Part shown: positions 48,239-53,944 of the stretch, in pieces
Layout: each line of letters starts with the position of its first letter
How positions within the stretch are numbered: position 1 is the stretch's first letter
Origin: Chitinophagaceae bacterium
GTDB lineage: Bacteria; Bacteroidota; Bacteroidia; Chitinophagales; Chitinophagaceae
Direction of reading: 5' to 3'
NCBI GenBank assembly: GCA_035526625.1
Contig: DATLCB010000247.1
Span: 1-53,944 of the forward strand
Length of the DNA: 53,944 nucleotides
Made by a program: the position numbers and the translations under genes
The notes under the pieces: generated by a model
What the model was told of the DNA's origin: nothing
What the model saw: only the letters and a program-made list of their open reading frames with translations
The model's database searches: none

Positions 48239-51232
48239 CTACACCACTACATTGATCATCTTGTTCTTAACAAAAATGATCTTCTTTGGTGGTTTGCCTT
48301 CCAGCCATTTTTTTACCACTTCATTTTCCAGTGTCAGTTCATTTACCTCTTCTTCAGTGGCATCGAGTGCCAGGTTCATGGTCGTGCGGAGTTTCCCATT
48401 GATCGAAACAGGATATTCCTTGCTGCTCTCAGCCACATAGTTGGCAATGAATACAGGATAGGTTTGATCCAGGATCGTTTTCTCATTTCCCAATTGCTGC
48501 CAGAGTTCTTCAGCGATATGCGGCGCATAAGGAGCTAATAATATAAGGAGTGGCTCGAGTATCTTTCTTTTATGACATTTCAGATCGGTGAGTTCATTAG
48601 TAGCGATCATAAATCCACTGACACCGGTATTGAAACTGAAGCGTTCCGTATCATTTTCAATTCGCCTGATCGCATGGTGTAATACTTTGAGCTCTGCTGA
48701 GGTTGGTTCATCGTTGGTGACGATCAGGGTCTCACTACCTCCCCCGGCCCCACCAAAGGAGGGGTGGTTTGATTCTTTAAAGAATAAACGCCAGAATTTT
48801 TTCAGAAAACGGTGAACGCCTTCAATACCTTTCGTATCCCATGGTTTGCTCATCTCCACAGGGCCGAGGAACATTTCATACATGCGGAAAGTGTCGGCGC
48901 CGTAGCTCAAAATAATATCATTCGGATTCACAACATTGTACTTTGACTTAGACATTTTCTCAACCTCATTTGCCGTATAAAATGTTCTTTCTTCTGTAAT
49001 GACCCAACCTTGCTCATCTTCGCTCCATGTTTTCCATTCCCCTTCATAAAAAAAAGCATCAAAAGTGATATAAATAGCATCTAGCCTTTGAGGATACTTT
49101 TGGATACCTGATGAAATATCAAGTACATTTTTGGAAGATTCATGTATGTTGCGTGCAACTAATTCAATCGGTATATTAAATGGTTTATAATAATCCCTGT
49201 TTGAATCGTTGATAAGATCTGCTGAATATAATTGCAATTTTGGCTGCGGAGTTCCTGCTGGGTTGGAAAACATTGGAACACGGAATGTATTTCTTCCGCT
49301 TCGGGAAGTTCCTTCTTCAAAATCGCCTTTCTTAACATATGCAATTTGAGACAAGCCCTGTATCATCCCCTGGTTCACCAATCTTTTATAAGGTTCATCA
49401 TAACCGATAAGGTCAAGGTCATACAATACTTTCGTCCACATCCGGCTGTATAATAAATGCCCTACAGCATGCTCCGTACCGCCGATATACAGATCCACCT
49501 GGTTCCAGTAATCGGATACGTTCCGGTCGCAGAATGTTTGATCATTGTGTGGGTCCATATAGCGGAGGAAATACCAACTGCTACCGGCATAGCCGGGCAT
49601 GGTGTTGGTTTCTAATTCCTGTGCGACCCATTCCGGTATATTAGCTAATGGTCCTTGTCCATCCGGACCGGGACTATACTTTTCTACATCGGGTAATACT
49701 AATGGCAACTTACCTGTCCATTCTTTTGCTATTTCATCTTTCCATACGATCGGAAATGGCTCGCCCCAATAACGCTGGCGACTGAATGCTGCATCCCGCA
49801 TTTTATAGTTCACCTTTCTCTTGCCGATACCTTTCTCTTCCAGTGCAGCGATCACTACATCCATTGCTCCTTTCATCACCAATCCATTTAAAAAACCTGA
49901 ATTCTGCAGCACGGCTTCTTTAGTAGGATTAGCTTCTTCCCCATTATAATATTCACCTATGATATTTGTGATGGATATATTAAAATGCTTTGCAAACTTA
50001 TGATCCCGCTCGTCGCCACAAGGCACCGCCATGATAGCGCCGGTACCATAACCTGCCAGTACATATTCCGAAATCCAGATCGGTATCTCTCTTCCATCAA
50101 AAGGATTGATGGCATATGCACCGGTAAATACGCCCGTGATCTTTTTCTCCGCCATCCTTTCTCTTTCGCTGCGGCTTTTTACATAAGTTATATATTCCTC
50201 CACTGCCGTCTTTTGGTCCGAAGTTGTTATTGATTCCACTAATTCATGCTCCGGTGCAATGACCATGAAGTCGATGCCGAAGATGGTGTCTGGCCTGGTC
50301 GTGTAAACACGCAAACTTTTATCTTTTATTTTTTCACTTTTCACTAAAAAATCTATCTCCGCACCACTGCTCTTCCCGATCCAGTTGCTTTGCATCTCTT
50401 TCATCGCATCACTGAAGTCCACCTTTTCGAGACCTTCCAGTAAACGATCAGCATATTCTGTGATCCGCAAATACCATTGACGCAATGTTTTTTTTACTAC
50501 AGGGTACCCACCTCTTTCACTTACACCATTCACCACTTCATCGTTGGCCAGCACCGTGCCCAGCGCTTCACACCAGTTCACTTCACCATAGCCGCAGTAT
50601 GCCAGTCGCCGTCTCATTAATATATCAGCTTTTTCTTTTTCAGAGAAGCTGTTCCATTGTTCTGCTGTAAAATGTTTCCCTGGTATAGGCTCGCCTGTCT
50701 TTGGCATTGCTCCCTTTGTCTCATATTTTTTTATCAGTAAGGAAATCGGCAATGCTTTTTTCTCGGTATGGCAGAAATAGCTGTTGAACAATTGCAGGAA
50801 GATCCACTGGGTCCATCTATAGTATTCCGGATCGCTGGTCTGTACTTCCCGTTCCCAGTCGTAGCAAAACCCAATATTATCCAGCTGGGATTTGAAAGTG
50901 GCGATATTCTTCTTTGTTGTCTCAGCAGGGTGCTGACCGGTATCGAGAGCATATTGCTCGGCGGGTAATCCAAAACTGTCAAACCCCATCGGGTGCAGTA
51001 CATTAAAACCTTTCAGTCTTTTATACCTTGAATAAATATCAGAAGCGATATACCCGAGCGGGTGGCCGACATGCAAACCGGCGCCACTTGGGTAAGGAAA
51101 CATATCAAGCACATAGAACTTCGGTTTGACAGGATGTCCTGAGCTTGTTGAAGGATTTGATACACTGTATACTTTGTTTTCTTTCCACCATGCCTGCCAT
51201 TTTTTTTCTATATCCCTGAAATTGTATTCCAT
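48239..51232 (-). CDS. leuS: Leucine--tRNA ligase
   Basis: MFPYPSGAGLHVGH, TTRPDT, GTGAIMAVP, SRQRYWG, KMSKS; ATG 51232 (MEYNF). Confidence 0.97.
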   Translation of the reverse strand: MEYNFRDIEKKWQAWWKENKVYSVSNPSTSSGHPVKPKFYVLDMFPYPSGAGLHVGHPLGYIASDIYSRYKRLKGFNVLHPMGFDSFGLPAEQYALDTGQHPAETTKKNIATFKSQLDNIGFCYDWEREVQTSDPEYYRWTQWIFLQLFNSYFCHTEKKALPISLLIKKYETKGAMPKTGEPIPGKHFTAEQWNSFSEKEKADILMRRRLAYCGYGEVNWCEALGTVLANDEVVNGVSERGGYPVVKKTLRQWYLRITEYADRLLEGLEKVDFSDAMKEMQSNWIGKSSGAEIDFLVKSEKIKDKSLRVYTTRPDTIFGIDFMVIAPEHELVESITTSDQKTAVEEYITYVKSRSERERMAEKKITGVFTGAYAINPFDGREIPIWISEYVLAGYGTGAIMAVPCGDERDHKFAKHFNISITNIIGEYYNGEEANPTKEAVLQNSGFLNGLVMKGAMDVVIAALEEKGIGKRKVNYKMRDAAFSRQRYWGEPFPIVWKDEIAKEWTGKLPLVLPDVEKYSPGPDGQGPLANIPEWVAQELETNTMPGYAGSSWYFLRYMDPHNDQTFCDRNVSDYWNQVDLYIGGTEHAVGHLLYSRMWTKVLYDLDLIGYDEPYKRLVNQGMIQGLSQIAYVKKGDFEEGTSRSGRNTFRVPMFSNPAGTPQPKLQLYSADLINDSNRDYYKPFNIPIELVARNIHESSKNVLDISSGIQKYPQRLDAIYITFDAFFYEGEWKTWSEDEQGWVITEERTFYTANEVEKMSKSKYNVVNPNDIILSYGADTFRMYEMFLGPVEMSKPWDTKGIEGVHRFLKKFWRLFFKESNHPSFGGAGGGSETLIVTNDEPTSAELKVLHHAIRRIENDTERFSFNTGVSGFMIATNELTDLKCHKRKILEPLLILLAPYAPHIAEELWQQLGNEKTILDQTYPVFIANYVAESSKEYPVSINGKLRTTMNLALDATEEEVNELTLENEVVKKWLEGKPPKKIIFVKNKMINVVV
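48737..48765. repeat. 29-bp GC hairpin element in frame inside leuS (copy 2)
   Basis: ACCTCCCCCGGCCCCACCAAAGGAGGGGT, 24/29 identical to 6078-6106. Confidence 0.75.
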
Positions 51233-51387
51233 AATTCTCGTCTTCTGCTTTTCTATTAAAACATATGAATGCTGATCGGGATTCTTTAACAAATCTCTTC
51301 GATCACTATTGGCAATATGAACCGGGAGCAACCGTTTAAACCATCCCTGCCGGCGGCAGGTGGGTCCGAAGGACTCCTTCGGAGCAG

Positions 51388-51424
51388 CAAAAATACTGAT
51401 TGTAGCACTAAACTGTTATTTTTG
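51388..51424. promoter_or_regulatory. Back-to-back -7 elements (TATTTTTG) for leuS and ftsX
   Basis: CAAAAATA at 51388-51395 and TATTTTTG at 51417-51424. Confidence 0.55.
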
Positions 51425-51455
51425 CGAGCATCCATTAACCTGAAAAAGCATTTGC

Positions 51456-52328
51456 ATGTCCCAAACCGGAAAAGCTTCTATCAAAAGGGGAAAACCTTCT
51501 TACTTCATGTCCATACTGGGTGTTACCCTTGTATTATTTCTATTGGGCATCATTGGCTGGCTTGTTATCAATGCTAATAAACTGGGGGATTATTTCAAAG
51601 AGAATGTGGAAGTGAGGGCCTATCTCCTTCCCGACCTGAACCCAAAGGACAGTATAGCGCTTATGACCTATATCACTGCCAAACCGTACATGAAATCGGT
51701 ACGCTATGTGTCAAAAGAAGAAGCCCAAAAAATATACATGCAGGAAGAAGGGGAGGACTGGAGCAAAGTACTTACAGAAAATCCATTGCCGGATGCTATT
51801 TATTTCCGGGTAAAAAATAATTATGTCCAGGTAGATTCATTAGCTGTTATCAAGAAGGACCTGGAATCACAAACCTATGTTACGGATGTAAAATATCCGG
51901 AAGCACTCGTCGGTAAACTGAATAAGAATATCCAGGTCGTCAGCGCGGGACTGCTGATCCTGGCCATCATTATTTCACTGATCGTAATATTTTTAATAGA
52001 CAATACCATCCGGCTGGCCATGTTCAGCAACCGCTTCCTGATAAAAACGATGCAAATGGTTGGCGCTACCCGCTGGTTCATTGCCAAACCCCTGAATGTA
52101 CAGGCTATCATCAATGGAGCGATCAGCGGGGTCATCGCTTCCGCGTTACTTTATGTCGTTATCCTTTTATTCGAGGGTAATATAAGCTGGCTGAAGACCA
52201 TTCATGATACGGGTTTGCTTATGCTGTTGTTCTTTATCCTGATCGTTATCGGTATCGGCATAACTCTTTTCAGCACCAACCGCAGCGTGGTGAAGTATTT
52301 GCGGATGAAACTCGATGACCTTTATTAA
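51456..52328 (+). CDS. ftsX: Permease-like cell division protein FtsX
   Basis: 4 TM pattern, NPLP, NTIRLAMFSNRFLIKTMQMVGAT. Confidence 0.9.
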   Translation: MSQTGKASIKRGKPSYFMSILGVTLVLFLLGIIGWLVINANKLGDYFKENVEVRAYLLPDLNPKDSIALMTYITAKPYMKSVRYVSKEEAQKIYMQEEGEDWSKVLTENPLPDAIYFRVKNNYVQVDSLAVIKKDLESQTYVTDVKYPEALVGKLNKNIQVVSAGLLILAIIISLIVIFLIDNTIRLAMFSNRFLIKTMQMVGATRWFIAKPLNVQAIINGAISGVIASALLYVVILLFEGNISWLKTIHDTGLLMLLFFILIVIGIGITLFSTNRSVVKYLRMKLDDLY

Positions 52329-52330
52329 AG

Positions 52331-52399
52331 GTAAATGGTGAATAGTGAATGGTCAATAGGCTTTAACGCCAAAATCACTATTGCCTATTCACCATTCAC
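52331..52399. repeat. Inverted pair of 7-bp tandem arrays
   Basis: GTAAATG GTGAATA GTGAATG GTCAATA, 13-bp spacer, AAATCAC TATTGCC TATTCAC CATTCAC. Confidence 0.8.
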
Positions 52400-52435
52400 T
52401 AAATTCGTTATATTGCACAGCCTAAAAATGATACA

Positions 52436-52687
52436 ATGAGCGATAAAAGAACAAACCCGTCGATCTTTACACGTGATAACTATAGGTGGATGCTCATAGG
52501 TGTGGGCGTGATCGCTTTAGGTATGTTGCTGATGAGCGGGGGGAAAAGCAATACGGACCCTACGGTATTCAACAAAGCGGCTGTTTACAGCACTACCCGC
52601 ATTACCATTGCTCCTATCCTGATACTTGCGGGACTGGTGATCGAGATCTTTGCGATCTTTAAAAGACCCAGGATCGTCCAGGCATAA
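52436..52687 (+). CDS. DUF3098 small membrane protein
   Basis: Two TM segments, NY...GMLLMSGG...RITIAP...IFAI; typical position between ftsX and uppP. Confidence 0.82.
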   Translation: MSDKRTNPSIFTRDNYRWMLIGVGVIALGMLLMSGGKSNTDPTVFNKAAVYSTTRITIAPILILAGLVIEIFAIFKRPRIVQA

Positions 52688-52707
52688 AATATCCAAAATT
52701 AATTTTC

Positions 52708-52738
52708 AAAGCGGTCGCATTTATTGACCGCTTTTTTT
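52708..52738 (+). terminator. Intrinsic terminator after DUF3098
   Basis: AAAGCGGTC/GACCGCTTT stem plus T run. Confidence 0.75.
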
Positions 52739-52765
52739 ATTTTTAACGCTTACTATTTAGGACTA

Positions 52766-53557
52766 ATGAATACTGCCGAAGCCATCATCATCGCTATTGT
52801 AGAAGGGTTGACCGAGTTCCTGCCGGTTTCTTCCACGGGCCATATGATCATCACTGAAAGATTGCTGGGAGTAGAAGCCAACGATTTTACACGCTTATTC
52901 ACAGTGGGCATCCAACTGGGCGCTATATTGGCTGTCCTTGTCCTCTATTGGAAAAAATTCATCTCTCCTTTTAAGACCGGTAACTGGAATTTTTATCTCA
53001 AGCTGCTGGTTGCTGTTGCCCCTGCTTTAGCTTTAGGTTTTATTTTTTCTGACCAGGTAGATAAATTGCTTGATAGCTCTCTCACAGTTGCGATCACCAT
53101 GGTCGCCGGGGGGCTTATATTATTATTCATTGATAATGTATTTAAGAAGCCGGTCACGGAAACAGAGGGGCAGTTGAGTTTTTTAAAAGCATTCATCATC
53201 GGGCTCTGGCAATGTATCGCTATGATACCAGGTGTAAGCCGAAGCGCTGCCAGTATCATAGGAGGTATGCAACAAAAGCTGACAAGAAAGCTCGCTGCTG
53301 AATTCTCTTTTTTCCTGGCGGTACCGACTATGGCTGCTGCTACGGGTTTTAAATTATTAAAAGGATATGACAGCATCAGTTCGGGTGATATCAAACTCTT
53401 TGTTATCGGGAATGCCGTAGCTTTTGTAGTCGCCCTGCTCGCTATCAAATTCTTTATCGGCTTTTTACAAAAACACGGATTCAAATGGTTTGGCTGGTAC
53501 CGTGTCATTGCCGGTACCGCCTTGCTTATCCTGGTACTGAGTGGTATCATCCATTAA
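52766..53557 (+). CDS. uppP: Undecaprenyl-diphosphate phosphatase
   Basis: VEGLTEFLPVSSTGH, IQLGAILA, PGVSRS, AAEFSFFLAVP. Confidence 0.95.
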   Translation: MNTAEAIIIAIVEGLTEFLPVSSTGHMIITERLLGVEANDFTRLFTVGIQLGAILAVLVLYWKKFISPFKTGNWNFYLKLLVAVAPALALGFIFSDQVDKLLDSSLTVAITMVAGGLILLFIDNVFKKPVTETEGQLSFLKAFIIGLWQCIAMIPGVSRSAASIIGGMQQKLTRKLAAEFSFFLAVPTMAAATGFKLLKGYDSISSGDIKLFVIGNAVAFVVALLAIKFFIGFLQKHGFKWFGWYRVIAGTALLILVLSGIIH

Positions 53558-53574
53558 CTTATAAACCTAAACGA

Positions 53575-53944
53575 ATGAAAAATGTTTTGATCCTGTTATC
53601 AGCAAGTATTCTCCTTTTTGCCTGCAAGAATTATGGTAAAAAAGTTTCTCATGAAAATGTTGAAGTTTATTATAAGGACGGAATGACGAAAGAAGATGCG
53701 CAGAAAACACTTGATTTTCTTGTCCGTATGTTAGGTGAAACAGAAAAGAAAAGTTTCCAGCTTGCCAAAGGCCATGGTGATACTATCCATTTCAAAATGG
53801 TAGCTGATATGGATAAGGTAAAAGCCACCGGTGACGAATCTTTCTACCGCTTGACCAGCATTTTGTCTGACAGCGTATTCAAAGGTGCCCCGGTAAATGT
53901 GTTGCTGGCCAATGAGGATTTTGAAACGATCCGGACAATGGTTT
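53575..53944 (+). CDS. Partial hypothetical lipoprotein (runs off the window)
   Basis: Not in the ORF track. ATG 53575 MKNVLILLSASILLFAC-KNYGKKV, open to the end of the window. Confidence 0.75.
   Translation, partial: MKNVLILLSASILLFACKNYGKKVSHENVEVYYKDGMTKEDAQKTLDFLVRMLGETEKKSFQLAKGHGDTIHFKMVADMDKVKATGDESFYRLTSILSDSVFKGAPVNVLLANEDFETIRTMV

Noticed and set aside
48959-49354. LeuRS insert as an intein
   Set aside because: No intein terminal motifs and no homing endonuclease signature.
51233-51331. N-terminal extensions in the ORF track (leuS, also hmuY, both first-codon calls for phoD and the large T9SS gene)
   Set aside because: Internal ATGs give proper signal peptides or conserved N-termini, so the starts were moved.
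52993-53550. 185-aa minus-strand ORF
   Set aside because: Antisense to the well-supported uppP.

Overview
A 53.9-kb chromosomal window from a Bacteroidota organism, most likely Chitinophagaceae-like. The basis is TAnnTTTG-type -7 promoters, T9SS C-terminal sorting domains, HmuY, and the ileS-dksA, tsaE-ald and ftsX-DUF3098-uppP gene orders. It holds housekeeping genes (ileS, dksA-like, lpxA, ald, tsaE, recQ, ruvB, leuS, ftsX, uppP), a 10-kb minus-strand heme/metal acquisition block (two TonB-dependent receptors, HmuY, DUF6607, DUF4920, a di-heme peroxidase, DUF6660, a Cys-rich AraC), a P1B ATPase, a tricorn-like S41 protease and two very large T9SS cargo proteins. I saw no rRNA, tRNA, CRISPR array, transposase or phage genes. 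The most unusual signal is several families of miniature DNA repeats: a 29-bp GC hairpin, a ~22-bp element, 7-bp tandem arrays in inverted pairs, an 85-101 bp MITE-like element and a 5'-leader hairpin. They lie between genes and also in frame inside essential genes (ileS, leuS, recQ, an ABC ATPase), and one element is read in different frames in IleRS and LeuRS. All family names come from motif recognition by eye; no database search was run.
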